A DNA stretch of 64,000 bases from Octopus vulgaris (lineage: Eukaryota): the NCBI GenBank assembly GCA_951406725.2, contig OX597831.1:83452001-83516000 (forward strand). The letters are read 5' to 3'. The position numbers and the translations under genes are program-made. This document shows positions 41,920 to 55,182 of this stretch, one piece after another. Every line of letters begins with the position of its first letter. Within the stretch, counting starts at the first letter, position 1. The notes below the pieces were generated by a model. The model saw nothing but the letters and a program-made list of their open reading frames with translations. It had not been told where the DNA came from and ran no database searches.

Positions 41920-42500
41920 TGGTGATTGGTGATTGCTTCATCTTCGCAGAGGATTAGCCCTCGCTGTCAATGGCATTTCTGACCTTTCGTCTATGACACA
42001 GAAGTGTCGCTACAGATCTACATGGTTTAATGAAAGGTGACAGATAAAATTTGTGACTTCCACTGGATTGATTGGGTCACTTTGTAAGACATAATTTCCG
42101 TGAACTGCCATGTGCCCCTTCGGTTCCGAAATCCACTTGCAAGCCCTTTCACACACGACACACGTTGAATCACCCGGTCTAGTGGGAAGGATGTTGCATA
42201 CACTTGATCTTTCCTGAGACGTCAGATGGTTGTCATGCTCAACCTTGGAAAGGAGTACACGGCCACACCTTTCATACATATCCAACACTTAATGTTCTCA
42301 TTGAGGTTCTGATGTGAGTCTCTTCCAAAGCCAACGCCTTAGGCTTTCATGCTCAAGTCGAACCTCTTCAAATGTTTTGCAACTTTCCCTTATACGATTC
42401 CTTCAATCAACTTTTTCCAAAGCTAGTTTTTCCCAGTTCTTTACGTTTATTTGCAGTCCTTTCAGGTTGTCTTTTATGCAGTTTTTTGTACTTTTTTTAA
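41920..42500 (-). mobile_element. RTE LINE 3' fragment with C2H2 zinc fingers
   Basis: IKDNLKGLQINVKNWEKLAL....R..I...C.TFE..R, then CGRVLLSK....NH and CVVCERACK.....KGHMAVH. Confidence 0.8.
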
Positions 42501-44459
42501 TATATTCATACACACACATATGGACATATATACACACCTATATGCAATCATGCGTAAACTCACACACATAGAAAGTTGTTAGATCCATGGCAGAGATTGT
42601 CCGATTTGTTCCATCTCTGCGCCTTGAATCCAAATCTTAAAAAACCCCTCCAACTTTGATGTTTCGGCGGTGTATTGAGGAGGGGTCAGATGAGGTGCCT
42701 TATGGTATTTGTTTTGGATCTTGGTCTTCTAATGGCAACCTTAGTCATAATTTTGGCACCAATCAACATCGGTATTGAATTTTTTTTTAACAATATCGTT
42801 GGATATAGTCCAAAGGAAACACTGCACCGATCCATGTTGGCACTTGTGAGATTGTATGGAGAGGTTTACGTTGATGGACAACAATGGCTTCACAAAAAAC
42901 TGTGCTTATTTAAATCTGCCCGAATTATAACCTTCCCTATTTATAAAATGTATAAATTCTAAACTTCAGTAAACAAAAACTACTCACACTTCAAAGTGTA
43001 TCCTTGAAAATAGAAATATATATATAACGAAAATACCACTAATGCTACATAAATCTGATCTTTGATGTAATAGTTGTTTTGGTCTTTTGAAAATAACGTA
43101 CGTCAGATCGAAGTCTGGAATGAAATAACTTATGTTACAGAACTAATCAAATTACCAATTTCTAATGGCAGTTTTCGTTAGCATTTCCTTTATTGTTTCT
43201 ACAAATAGTAAAATGAAATCTAGAAATGCCAACATTGAAACTAAATGACTCCTGTCTGTATATTAAAAATCATTTAAAAAGTTTATTTCTTATAATATTT
43301 ACCTAGTCTATTGTTCAATTCATTGATTTCCGTTGATCGAGCAATCTCTTGATAATTCATTCTAAATTTTATCAATCCTGTGCCTGATTGGTTTCTGTCT
43401 AACCAATTTATGGAATCACTTCCCAATTTGAAATGATATCCTCATGCTCTTCATTAGCAATATATCAATATTTCAAGATGTAGTTGTCAAACTTTAAGAT
43501 TCCTGCTATTTATTTATTGACATACATCATATGTCTTCAACTCCGATCGTAGAAGATTATGGAAGATAAAACGACCAGGTTTCTAAAGATTGTCATAAAT
43601 TTCAAGACTTTGCATGTTTTCTACAGGTATTCTACATGCAATTTATTCCAATTCAGTGTCCACCCGTATTGACCACGCAGTGTCTGTTGACTGCACAGGG
43701 TGTTTTCGGAGAAAATTCATTAGAAATCATTACAAACTAACGAAACTGTTTCTAATTTGTAGCTAACTCTCCACCTAAATCATTTAACTCAACCTAATTG
43801 TGACAAAAAATAAGACACTGTAACTAGGAAACATTAATTACATTGTTCAAGAAACAAATTTTTCTACTTATGAAAGCTGATCCATTAGGACCTTTGTGAC
43901 ACAACCCTCGGTACACATCATCTTTTATACTTAAAAAATAGCAATAATTATGCTTCATGGTATTGTTCGATTTGCATAGCGTTCAATAAATATTCCTTCT
44001 CTTAAAATATAACCAGTTTTAAGGACCATCTAAGATAACATTAGTTAGTTTTGATATATTTAAATAAAATCTTTAAAACAACGGAACCAAAACAAAAATT
44101 TTCAATAAAAATTCTAGAAGTTAGATTATTCAGAGATAAAATTCGTTTATATTGCTATCACAGAGTGAAAATGCCATATCTGTCTTTCGAAATCATAGAA
44201 ACTTGCCAAGAATAGTAAAACGGTAGATAAAAAAAATCTTGGTCTATTTCGATAACTTGTGGCAAAATACTAAATCTTTCTCCATTAGACGTAAAAAATA
44301 GGTAGAAAAGCTATGGAAACTATGATAATAACAAGAAGACGATTTTAATAAACATGACTTCGTACGTCTGATGACTTTCATCGCCGTCGCCATACAAGTA
44401 AATAATACATGTCTGAGTAAAACTGAAGACTTTAGTACAAACCGAAACTCTGCTCAACT

Positions 44460-44496
<37 letters not shown>

Positions 44497-45748
44497 CCAA
44501 AGTTAATTGTTTTATCAAATTAACAGTGGGGTTTCTATTTAGGAACAGCAATCAAATTTTCCTCAAATCTTGCCTTATACTCCTTAAAAAGGGATCAAAG
44601 CTAAAAAGTAAGACAAGATGGTCTTATCTAGAAGACTGCTTACATTATAGCTCTGCAACATCAACATAGAGAAGGAAGAAAGAGAACAATTGAATAGTTC
44701 TTACTGTTTAATCTCAGATCAGTCATGGTTAAGCTGCTCTATCATCAAAAGTGCTTCAGCCGTGGCCAACCCGTCAAAATATTGCTGTATTTAGAAGTCA
44801 GTGTTGGCGATGGTGTCAGCGCCAGCTTTTAAAAGCTGAATGCAAAAGTTAGCGGGGAAATAAGTGATATTAACCGATGCCAATTTCTAGCAAGTATTCA
44901 ATAAACTCTGATATTTGTTCTGTTTTCTGGAGAATCTTCGGTAGAAATGGAAGCTGAACCAGCATTCGACTCTTTTTTATACTTCGATATGATGGTAATT
45001 TCATAGCTTTTCTATTTCTTTCGAGCAGCATTATTCATGGTTTGGAAGCATCGAGAAGTGTAATACAGTACACTTGTTTATATTGTTGCTTTCTTATATC
45101 AGGGACTTCTCTGTCCGTCAGCACAAACAGCTCCCAAATTGTCAAAGTCCACTTAATAGTCAGTCAAAATGTGATTCTTGGATATTTTCAGATTTGGCGT
45201 GGAATGCCCACAATAATCCCCGAATGCAGTGGCTCTCAAACTGACCTAACCCTAACCCTAACCCTACCGCCCCAACAACAACAGCAGCAGCAAAAATATT
45301 TCACTCCTCTGATGAGAATATAAAATAGATTTTGCGTCTCTAGAGTTCTTTCCTCATCATGGTGTCAGACAAAACCGTCTTCACCTCATTGGCCATGACA
45401 ATTTGCTCACCCATTTTCCAATACTCACTACCCCTCTTCCACCCCTATGATAACCCCCAACTAATGGACAAAACTCCCCCAAATAGTTATATCTGTGATT
45501 TTCTTGTCTTTGTTCTTTTAAAAGGCCAAAGTTAATTTTTTTAATTACTTTATTTGAGACGAGGGGGATGATCGTGTGCAGCTTTTTTCAGAAACAAACA
45601 CACACAGCGACACTCTACATAATCCTCGAGGATACAGACAGTGTTTTCTACAATAATTTCCAACATGGTTGACAGTGATATTTTAACTAGTTTAATTATG
45701 ACCACAACATATAATCTGGGATGGAGGTCATTTTGTCCCTTCTGTAAT

Positions 45749-47720
45749 TGTTGTGGTGAGAGTACGACACTCTCTGGCGAGAATAGATGGGACCACTGCA
45801 TATAAATAGCAGCGGTTTGACGGAGTCGGCAGTTCACCGTTTGGTTTTCGTAGTAGTCGTCAATCGCTCGAGTGTTGTTGTATTTGAGTTCGCTCCATGT
45901 GAGTTGCTGCCTTGTTAATTTGCTGAATTGTTGAATTCTTGTTGTTACTTGAATTTATTGCAGTTTTTATTTGCCTTCCCCGTTTCTGGCCGAGGTTATG
46001 AGGAGCATTGTTGTGGAGGGTGGACAAGTGAAAACGGGAAGTTGTGCTGCGGTAACTGGCAGAAGCCTGTCAGCGTAGCTACTACAGGTCCGGGAGCTAG
46101 AGGTCGGGGACGGGGACTTCAATAAGTGCAGCGCCTTGCTGAGGAAGGAGAGGGACTGTCTAGGGCTGGTGCCTTTCAGGGAAGTTGTTGAGAGTTTGGA
46201 AGGGGAAACTATCATATGTGGAGCGCTGAACATGGCATCAAGGAGGGTAGCGGTGGCGACCGTGGAAGCGGTTGAGGAGTGTTTGAGGGAAGTGGAGGAA
46301 TCAACCACGTTCTGCACCGGAGGACGGAAGTTCGGCGCGGTGGGGGTGCGCTTCGTGAGCGAGGGTGAGGCGGGTAGGTGCTCCACTATGGCCTTGAAGT
46401 CGGTGGAGTGGACACTGCTACCTGCTTGCTGTGGCAAGCGTGCGGCCAGGGTGGGGTGGGTGGAGTGCCCTTTGAAATTGACGAGGCATGGCTTGTGGCC
46501 TACAGAGGAAGATACAGAAGTTTTTAAAATGTTGAAGACGACAGAGGTGAACTGCTAGACGTAATGGGCTAGACGTAATGGTCCATGTAAGCCTGCCAGA
46601 CCTTCATTAGATTGTGAAAGAGCTGGTGTTACCTGACGAGACCAGATTAAGGAGTGTTGTGGAGGGTAGACCGCCAATATGTTTTGCGTGTGGAGGAAGG
46701 GGACACATGAAGGCCAAGTGCCCCCAGAAACACGAGGAGGAAATAATAGAAACAGAAATGCAAAAAGAGAACACAGTTGTAGAGGAGGAGAAAATAGAGA
46801 AACAATTTACGGTGGTGAAAAGAAAAAAGAACTTCGAATCACCCCCTAAAAGCCCGAAGGAGGAAAAAAGAAAAAGAAACGAGGAAGAGAACAAGAAAGA
46901 AAAGAAGAAAAATGGGAACTGAGGAAGCGTTACCTTCAACCAGTAAGGAAGAAGGAGCACGCCAGGAGAATGAAAACGAAAGAGACAGAGAAAATTGTAT
47001 TGGACGAAGAGAGTGTTGAAAGATATCAGAGAAAGATTACCTAGAGGGAGAAATTTAGGAAACCTCGTAGAATAGGAAAAAGGTGTTGAAATGGAAAAGA
47101 GGATAACAAAGATGAAAAATGTGATCCGAGTGAAATTGGCAAACTGAGAAGGTAAGAAGGGCGTGCTGTTGGGGAGGGAAAGAGGGGAGAGATTAGTAGA
47201 ACTGTTTGGGGGGAAAAAAGAGTTTAGATACGACGAGTTGCCCCCTGTTTCGACGATCTTATGCAATATTTGTGTGTTTAAAAAACAAAAAAAGACACAT
47301 GACTGTAAAGTGAACAGTAATTTAAAAGAACAGTGAAATGGAACTGCTTGCATGGGGAGGGGGGGGGCGAGTAAACCATTTCCTCCTCCTTTTTTTTTCA
47401 TAATCATAGTCCATTCGATATGTGTTTTATATGTACCCCAATGTCTTGGTTTGTCTGTCCTTATGGCGTCCCCTCTTTAGAAAGGCGATGTGCCTAAATA
47501 AAAGAAATCAGTTCGTAGTTTGGTCTTCGAAGTCCAGGTACAGTTTACAGTTCGAGTTAATGTGTTGGAAATATTGATTGTTGGTTCGTAAAAGACTGCT
47601 GCTTCGTTGCGTGTTTGTTTCTGCTGCTGTTTCTATTTTACATTGTTATAGCACTGTTACAGTGTATTCTTCATCTAACGTCGACACTATCAACCATATT
47701 GGAGGCGTAAGGCTGTAACA
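45749..47720 (+). mobile_element. Probable Gypsy 5' LTR split by an insertion (45749-45835 + 47509-47720)
   Basis: TGTTGTG start, TATAAATA at 45801-45808, CA end at 47720 followed by PBS-like TGGTGACGGGA at 47723; the left half is assigned by inference. Confidence 0.55.
45836..47508 (+). mobile_element. ORF1-only (HAL1-like) L1/Tx1-type non-autonomous retroelement
   Basis: Decayed ORF with RRM-like GRKFGAVGVRFVSEGEA, then LPDETRLRSVVEGRPPICFACGGRGHMKAKCP (CCHC knuckle) and a K/E-rich tail; no ORF2; ends AATAAAAGAAA; CAGTTC on both sides. Confidence 0.7.
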
Positions 47721-47730
47721 TCTGGTGACG

Positions 47731-48009
47731 GGGATATCTTTTTTTCTTCGCAAATGTAAATAAACCCAATCTGTTTCTTAAAGGAGGGACATATTCATAC
47801 AGCACGGAATGTTTTCACCCCAAATGGAGGTCAGCGATTGGTTAAAATTGCCGAAATGCTCGAAATTAAAGTCGAAATTAAAAGAATTTTCTCAATAAAG
47901 CCAAGAAAAAATGATGTTTTATAAACACATTCTACCAGTATAGGAAGTTTAAAAGTGTTTAGTTAACTAGAAATTGTGTTGAGAACTGCCGTTCAAAAGG
48001 AAAAGATCC
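47731..48009. mobile_element. Partial MITE of the GGATC-TIR family
   Basis: Right end acacattctaccagtata.gaagttt..aactgccgttcaaaaggaaaagatcc resembles 36800-36884; left end degenerate, no TSD. Confidence 0.7.
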
Positions 48010-49285
48010 AAAAACGGTGTAATTATTAAACTTCAGTTGGATACGGGTAGTGATATTTCAATCATAAATGTGGATACATGGAGAAAAATCGGTAAACCGA
48101 GGTTACCTAGAACAGCGAAAATTGCGCGTGGCCTGACGGACGATGAATTACATTTCATGAGCGAAATGTGTACAGACGTTACATTTCGAGGAGAAACACG
48201 TGAAGCAAAAATATTCATTGTGGAGAAAATCGTCTGAGGAACTGAAGAGAAAATTAAAAAAGATGTTTCCTCAAGTACTACCGAAGACTAAGGTCTACGT
48301 AGAAAGACTGAACCCTGCTTTAAAGTAACCGAAAACGTTGTGCCTGTATTTAAATCTAACAGAAAAGCACCGTTCGCAGCGTTTGAAATTGTAATTGAAG
48401 AGTTGGACGGACTGGAAAAGAGTGGAATCATGAGAAAGGTGGATTACTCGGAGTGGGCGGCGGCCACGGGGTGCATTAAAAAGACATAGAATAAGATTAG
48501 GCCGTTTGCCGATTTCTCTTCAGGACTGAACGACTGCTTAAAGACTGTCCACTCCCGACTCAGAGGACATTTTCGAAAAATGGTGGAAAAACTTTCTCCA
48601 AATTGGATCTGTCTGAGGCTTATTTACAGATTAAAGTAAATTACAAAGGCTCAACGTATCTGATAATAAATACACATAGAGGATTGTACAGATATAGTTA
48701 GCTACCTTTTGGATTAAAGGTTGCACCGGCAATATTTCAGCACACCATGGGCGCTATGTTGTCTGATTGTGAATTTGCAATCCCTTATTTTGACGATCTG
48801 TTGATTAAGAGTAATTCACGTGAACAACGTGTAGAGCATATAAAAGCTGCGATCAAGAAAATTAAAGAGTACAGGTTCACTTTGAGTGAAGAAAATGCGA
48901 ATATATTTTGCCTCAAATTAAGTACTTAGGGTAAATAATTGATGGCAGACACAATAAAGAATATGCCTGCTCCGACAGATATACCGACATTACAAGCGTT
49001 TCTTGGTCTGCCAAACTACTACCGAAACTACAATCCTAACTCACACAAATTAAGATCTCCATTAAATGACTTTCTAAAAAAGGAAGTAAAGTGGAATTGG
49101 TCGGTTAAATGCCAAACGCATTTAAAGAAATAAAAAAAAGTTCTAATCGCAGATTTGTCTCTAGCGCATTTCGATCCTGAAATAGACGTTGTTGTAGCGT
49201 CTGATGGTTCGGAGTACGGAATAGGAGCAGTTTTGCTGCACAAGTATAAAGATGGAAGTACGAAACCAGTGATTCATGTTTCACA
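48010..49285 (+). mobile_element. Decayed Gypsy pol (protease, RT, RNase H start)
   Basis: LQLDTGSDISIIN; YSEWAA; FSKLDLSEAYLQI; LPFGLKVAPAIFQ; YFDDLLI; LQAFLGL.NYY; VVASDGSEYGIGAVL. Confidence 0.92.
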
Positions 49286-49790
49286 CATTTTACATTTGAA
49301 TTCTGTTTTATCATTCTCTTGATGGAATTTATTCCGCAGGACCTGCTCCTCCTCTGCTGCTAAAATCATTTCCTCGATATCTTTCTTCAATATTCTTCTC
49401 TGTAACCACTAGGTGTCTCTTTTTATTTTTTTAAAAAGCCTGAATGGAGTTTCTTTCTTTCAAAAGTTCACTTCTATTTTTTTTCACATCTCCCTGTCAT
49501 CTTTTTTTTTTTTTGCCTTTGTTGCTTTTTGCTTTGTTTCTTTTTTTTGGCTTGGTTTTTGTTCTTGTGGGCTTTGCTAATTCTGTAAACATTCCTTCGA
49601 TTGTATTCTCTAGTTTTATTACATTTTCATCTCATAAAAACCCTCTTCTTCTTTCTCGTTTATTAATCGTTCATATCTGATTGGATGTTCGTGAGAGTGT
49701 GCATGCATTGTGAGCTACACCTTTGCTTTTCGGTGGATAGTTCAATCGTTTCCACTCAATAAGTCCTGCTTATCATTGTTTTTATAATGT
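49286..49790 (-). mobile_element. R4/Dong-like LINE fragment (pre-zinc-knuckle region)
   Basis: Minus strand WLQRRILKKDIEEMILAAEEEQVLR...KCKMC; distal boundary approximate. Confidence 0.65.
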
Positions 49791-49864
49791 TTCTCATATT
49801 CAGTTTAGATTTTTAAATCATTTTACAAAAATATTCCATCATTACTACCACCACCACCGCCACC

Positions 49865-50528
49865 ATCTTCCTCATGACCTTCGCCTCAGCACACTGATTC
49901 CGTGCCAATAATTAATGCTGAGAGAGAGCAACCCATAACAGATGAGTAAAACTCTGATTCCCGTCCTCTCATATATTTCAAGAACCTTCCTCAAAATCTG
50001 AGCTGTTCTTTAACATTGTCATCTTCTGAAACAAGTTCCAAAGATTCTAATCCATGTCTATATATTAGTTGTAACTGTCCAACACCCTCTATCTCTCAGT
50101 ATTACTGGTATGACTTCATCTTTTTTTCTCATGCTCCACATTTTGTGAATTTCTCTCTTCAAATTTCCATACCACTTATTCCCTTCCTTGCCTCATTATT
50201 CTGTACATCTCCGCCACAAATTTCCGATGCAACATCAATAATCAGAGTCTTTCTCTTATTCGGAAATGTCAGCTTTACTTACCTATATCATGTGATTATA
50301 TTGAATCTTCAAAATAGACTGTTTCTACCTCTGACACATATGACTCACCTGACTCTACCAATGTTTCAGTCTGCGCTCATACTAACCATTGTTCCGTTCT
50401 GTTTCTTGCACATATCTCACTACACAATCCTGCAAATGCTGTCTTTTCTTCTTTTCTTTGTATATGTCTTTTGGGCTACTGTGGCTACGCTCATTATGAT
50501 CGCACATTGTGTCTTCTTTCATTCTACA
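49865..50528 (-). mobile_element. R4/Dong-like LINE 3' end (decayed RLE)
   Basis: Minus strand ..LIIDVA..EIHKMWSM..EVIPVI..MLRTAQILRKVLEI. Confidence 0.65.
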
Positions 50529-50544
50529 CAATGATGATGATGAT

Positions 50545-50804
50545 AGTCTTATGTGGTCGATGAAAAAGGTAGCAGTAATACTAATAATTGTCGGAGCCCT
50601 GGGGACAGTGAGCAAAAATCTCGGGAAGTACGCGGAGAAAATAGGGGCTGCAATAAGGATGGAGCACTTGCAGAAAACAGCACTGCTTGGAACGGTTGGA
50701 ATACTCCTGAAGGTGCTCGAAAATTAAGAGGTGTTACCTTAGTTCACTGATAGTGAACAGCTGACACTGTAGTATATCTCCAGCATTAGAAGCTGTGCAA
50801 AGGC
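50545..50804 (+). mobile_element. R4/Dong-like LINE extreme 3' end
   Basis: MWSMKKVAVILIIVGALGTVSKNL..EHLQKTALLGTVGILLKVLEN*; 3' UTR matches 53225-53278; between (ATG)n and (AAT)n. Confidence 0.85.
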
Positions 50805-50864
50805 AATAATAATAATAATAATAATGATGATGATGATGATGATGATGACAATCTTTTCTACTCT

Positions 50865-51415
50865 AGCACAATGCCCGAAATTTTGGGGGAGGGGGCCAGT
50901 CGATTAGATCGACCCCAGTACGACCCCAGGATGAAAGGCAAAGTCGACCTTGGTGGAATTTGAGCTCAGAACCTAAATACAGACGAAATACCTATTTCTT
51001 TACTACCCACAAGGGACTAAACACAGAGAGGACAAACAAGGACAGACACACGGATTAAGTCGATTATATCGACCCCAGTGCGTAACTGGAACTTAATTTA
51101 TCGACCCCGAAAGGATGAAAGGCAAAATCGACGGAAATTGAACTCAGAACGTAACGGCAGACGAAATATGGCTACGCATTTCGCCCGGCGTGCTAAAGTT
51201 TCTGCCATCTCGCCGCCTTAATAATAATAATAATAATAGTTTCAAATTTTTCCAAAAGGACAGGCATTTGTGGAAGGGGAAGAGACGATTACAATCGACT
51301 CCAGTCTTTCACTGGAACTTAATATATCGACTTCAAAAGGATGAAAGGCAAAGTCGACCTCGGCGGAATTTGAACGCACAACAGTGATGAGTGAAATACC
51401 GCAGAGCATTTCGTC
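50865..51415 (-). mobile_element. Tandem of three SINE pieces (18430 family)
   Basis: Repeated ggatgaaaggcaaa(g/a)tcgac..ggaatt(t)gaac/gagc motifs at about 50930, 51113 and 51339. Confidence 0.8.
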
Positions 51416-51429
51416 TCAGACGACAGCAG

Positions 51430-52524
51430 AACAGAAATGGTGAGAGAGAGAGAGAGAGAAAACAACATGGAAACTGAATTACAAAAGATGCTGAAGGAGA
51501 AATGGAGAGAAAGATCCCTTCATGGCCAGTATCCTGCAAGGCTCGACAGAGAGGAATTGAGCTTTAGTAAGAGCCAACAATGGCTGAAAAGCTTTGGACT
51601 AAAAGCGGAAACGGAAGGACGGATTCTCGCTACAAACAATTATAAAAACAAAATAATGAAAACAGGCCTCAACACCAAATGCAGAATGTGCAACCTGCAC
51701 AATGAGACAGTTGACCACTTCCGTCCTCTTGGGCTGCCCAGTCCTTGCCAAGTCTGAATATGTATACAGACAAGACAAAGACCGGACAATATGCCAACAT
51801 TACATCAAAACGAACAGCGGATGGTATAAGCATGAGCCAAGCAAGGTGCAAGGCAACGATCAGGCCACAATCATCCGGGATATGCCGGTTCAAACCGACA
51901 AAGAAATAAAAAGCTAAACGCCCAGACATAATAGGGATTGGGGGAAACAAATACCTGCTTACTGATAAACACTGCAGTCTCTTCTGATCAAAATATTGTC
52001 AAAAAAGAAGTGGAGAAATTTTTGAAGTATAAGGAATTCGAAATTGAAGTATTCAAAATGAAGGTTTAAGCAATATCAATAATAATCGGAGCATTGGGCA
52101 TGTTAAAAAATCATATGAACAAAAATGTAGAAGCTATACCTGGACCCTCAATACTACACACTGTCCACAAAATAGCCCTGCTAGGAAAAGCCCACATTCT
52201 ACGCAAGACACTATCAATTCAATAATACAACCTAAACAAAACAACCCACAAATACAAGACACATTCTGTCCAGTGAAACAAACTCCCACCAACAACCCAG
52301 AAAACCGAAGCATTACACACTCAACACAATACAAGTGAAGACAGCACAACAAAAGACAGTACCACACTTGAGAGAAAAATCGCTAACACAATACAGTACT
52401 GGGAAGAATTTGCACACCCACTGTAGCAGAAACGAAAACACAATGCTGCACACACCTCAGCAACTCGGATGTGTAGCAGGAGATGCAGTAGAAGTTTGCC
52501 ACAGTCTACCAAATACTGAACAGT

Positions 52525-52527
<3 letters not shown>
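51430..52527 (+). mobile_element. R4/Dong-like LINE 3' part (second family)
   Basis: WRERSLHGQYP..SQQWLKSFGLKAETEG..KCRMC...ETVDH..GCPVLAKSEY..WYKHEP..VQTDKEIKAKRPDI..IIIGALG..HKIALLGKAHILRKTL; followed by (AAT)n. Confidence 0.9.
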
Positions 52528-52580
<53 letters not shown>

Positions 52581-52581
<1 letters not shown>

Positions 52582-53278
52582 GGAAGTGGCTAACAAGATA
52601 TGGGACACTAAGAACAAACTACATAAAATATAGAATAGACAACACATAAGAAAGTGATAAGTGCAGAATCTATGGGCAAAATGATGAGATCGTATGGCAT
52701 ATTACCAGCCAATGAACGCCACAAGCCCAGAAGCAATATAAGAGACACCACGACAATAAAGCAAGGCTTGTTCATTGGACACTTTGCAACAAGTATGGAC
52801 TTGACAGAGTAAAAAAATGGTAAGACCACAAACCCGAAGGCATCATCGAAAATGATAACGCAAAAATCCTGTGGGGTTTTATGATTCAGTGCGACCATGA
52901 GATAGAGAATAGGAAGCCAGACTTAGTCTTAATTGAGAAAGAAACCAAACTATGCTGGATCGTAGATATAGTATGCCCAGCTGACAACAAGGTATACGAT
53001 AAGAAAGAAAGAAAAGTCGATAGGTATGACAGGTTAGCTTGGGAGGTGAAGCAGTTGTGGTCACTGAAAAAGGTGGAAGTGGTACCAATAATTGTCGGAG
53101 TCCTTGGAACAGTGAGTAGAAATCTCGGGAAGTACAAATAGGGACTGCAATAAGGAAGGAGCACTTGCAGAAAACAGAAATGCTTGCAACCGCTCGAATA
53201 CTCCGGAAGGTACTCGAAAAATAATAGTGAACAGCTGACACTGTAGTACATCTCCAGCGTTAGAAGCTGTGCAAAGGC
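52581..53278 (+). mobile_element. R4/Dong-like LINE 3' part (same family as 50545)
   Basis: KILWGFMIQCDHEIENRKPDLVLIEKETKLCWIVDIVCP..KVDRYDRLAWEVKQLWSLKKVEVVPIIVGVLG; starts directly after (AAT)n. Confidence 0.9.
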
Positions 53279-53319
53279 GACGACGACGACGACGATGATG
53301 ATGATGATGAGAAGAAGAA

Positions 53320-53362
<43 letters not shown>

Positions 53363-53599
53363 GAGGAGGAGGTCCAAGCACAAAAATCACAAGCTCGCAG
53401 GCAAAAACAATACTTACCAAATTTAACAATTCAAATCATAGGTTCACCCTCGCGGGGGACCCTTCAGCAAGTATACAACTCACGTCGAACGGAATCAAAA
53501 GATTTAACAACAAAAAAAACTTCGCCGAGCGACCACTACTGATTGGGTTGGTCCACTATTTATTCGTAGTGGACCAGCCCACTTCTCGCCTGAGCTCAT

Positions 53600-53762
53600 C
53601 GGCATTTCGTCCGTCTTTACGTTCTGAGTTCAAATTCTTCCCAGGTCGACTTTCATCTTTTCGGTGTTAATAAAATAAGTATCAGGTGAACATTGGAGTT
53701 GATCTAATCGACTTTTTCCCCTTCCCCGAAATTGCTGGCCTTGTGCCAAAAATTTGAAACCA
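53600..53762 (+). mobile_element. SINE (18430 family)
   Basis: gagttcaaattc B-box, tttcatcttttcggtgttaataaaataagtatcag core, gaaattgctggccttgtgccaaaatttgaaacc(att)n. Confidence 0.8.
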
Positions 53763-53831
53763 TTATTATTATTATTTTCTTTGTTGTTACTTTGTCATTT
53801 ACTCGCTGTTCGAAGTCTCTCTCTCTCTCTT

Positions 53832-53888
<57 letters not shown>

Positions 53889-54696
53889 CTCACACACACA
53901 GCCAAAGACTTCGAGCATCAGCAAGTCAGACGTTTTTTCTCTACCTGTTATTTATGAGTAGCAAAAATATATCATTGCATGAAAAGGAGAGGAAATACCG
54001 AGAATTCTATGATTATCAAGATTATCCGAGGATTATCCGAAGCGGAAGATCACCGGATTGTTTTGTATTTCATCCTTTTAGGTAAATGAGGCTACCTGTA
54101 ATGCTTGAAGAGTAATTTTCATTGAATCCATCCCCTTTCTCCTCTTGTATGTCTTCTTATACTAATCTATTATTACGGATCATTGTGTCCGTTTAGGGTT
54201 CCACTCCTTATTCTTTTATAGAAATAAGGATTTCTAATATTCTTTATATTCTTTTGTTAAAATAACAAACATAGAATATTATTATCAGTTACAGAAATAG
54301 TTATCTATCTCCTCTATTTATTTTACCTCTGCAATATTCCCAGCAAACTGACCGAAATCCCCAGATAAGATATTATGAAACCGAGATGTTCTTTCTATAA
54401 ATAGCTGGAAGAGGCGTGGGGTGGGGAGTATAGTTTAAGCAATTTGCCAGACGACAGAGCTTGCAGAGCTGAAGGTTCCATTCTTTGCAATAGATGTGCT
54501 TCTGTTATCAGAGAGATAAGAGAATCACAAGAAATGTGGACCATGTTATCGATCAGAGAAGAAATCTCTTGCCAAAAGATAACCGAAGCTATTCTAGCTT
54601 GCAGGTTTCCCAGATACGCAGTTTGGAGATATTAAGCTGCGTGCACATAGACATCTTCCATATCCTACTATATACACTCGCATGTATGGGTGACTA

Positions 54697-54955
54697 TGTA
54701 TGTATGTATCTATGTATCTATGTATGTATGTATGTGTGTGTGTATATGTATGTGTATGTATGTATGTATGTATATATGTATGTGTGTGTGTATGTGTGTA
54801 TGTATGTATGTATGTATGTATGTATGTATGTATGTATGCATGCATGTATGTATGTATGTATTTATGTGTATGCATGCATGCATGTATGTATGTATGTATG
54901 TATGTATGTATGTATGTATGTATGTATGTATGTATGTATGTGTATGTATGCATGT
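54697..54955. repeat. (TATG)n microsatellite
   Basis: Directly visible. Confidence 0.95.
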
Positions 54956-55182
54956 ATAGGTATATAGATGTAAAGATGGATAGATTTTTTTCTGTCTCGC
55001 TTTTTCTCTGTTTCATATGTATTAATTAATGGACATACTAAGTATGTATACCTGCTGGAAATAACAGTCAAAACTCTTATTTAAACTGCCGAAAAAATAA
55101 CACTGATATAAACTACAGCAGTCAACCGTTCGCGGGTAAACGGGTTAAGAAAATCATTCAACATACCTCTATAGCATCCAGC

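Noticed and set aside
44423-44458. CTGAAGA...GAAAC..TC hammerhead-like string
   Set aside because: No convincing stem I or stem II
45245-45266. (TAACCC)n telomeric repeat
   Set aside because: Only about 3.5 units; too short to call an interstitial telomere
45967-46437. Ser/Thr/Pro-rich minus-strand ORF as a host exon
   Set aside because: It is the antisense frame of the plus-strand ORF1-like sequence
46607-47407. 266-aa hydrophobic ORF
   Set aside because: Antisense of the purine-rich K/E region of the same element
53545-53580. GC-rich 14-bp hairpin as terminator or Helitron end
   Set aside because: No U-tract or CTRR end; isolated
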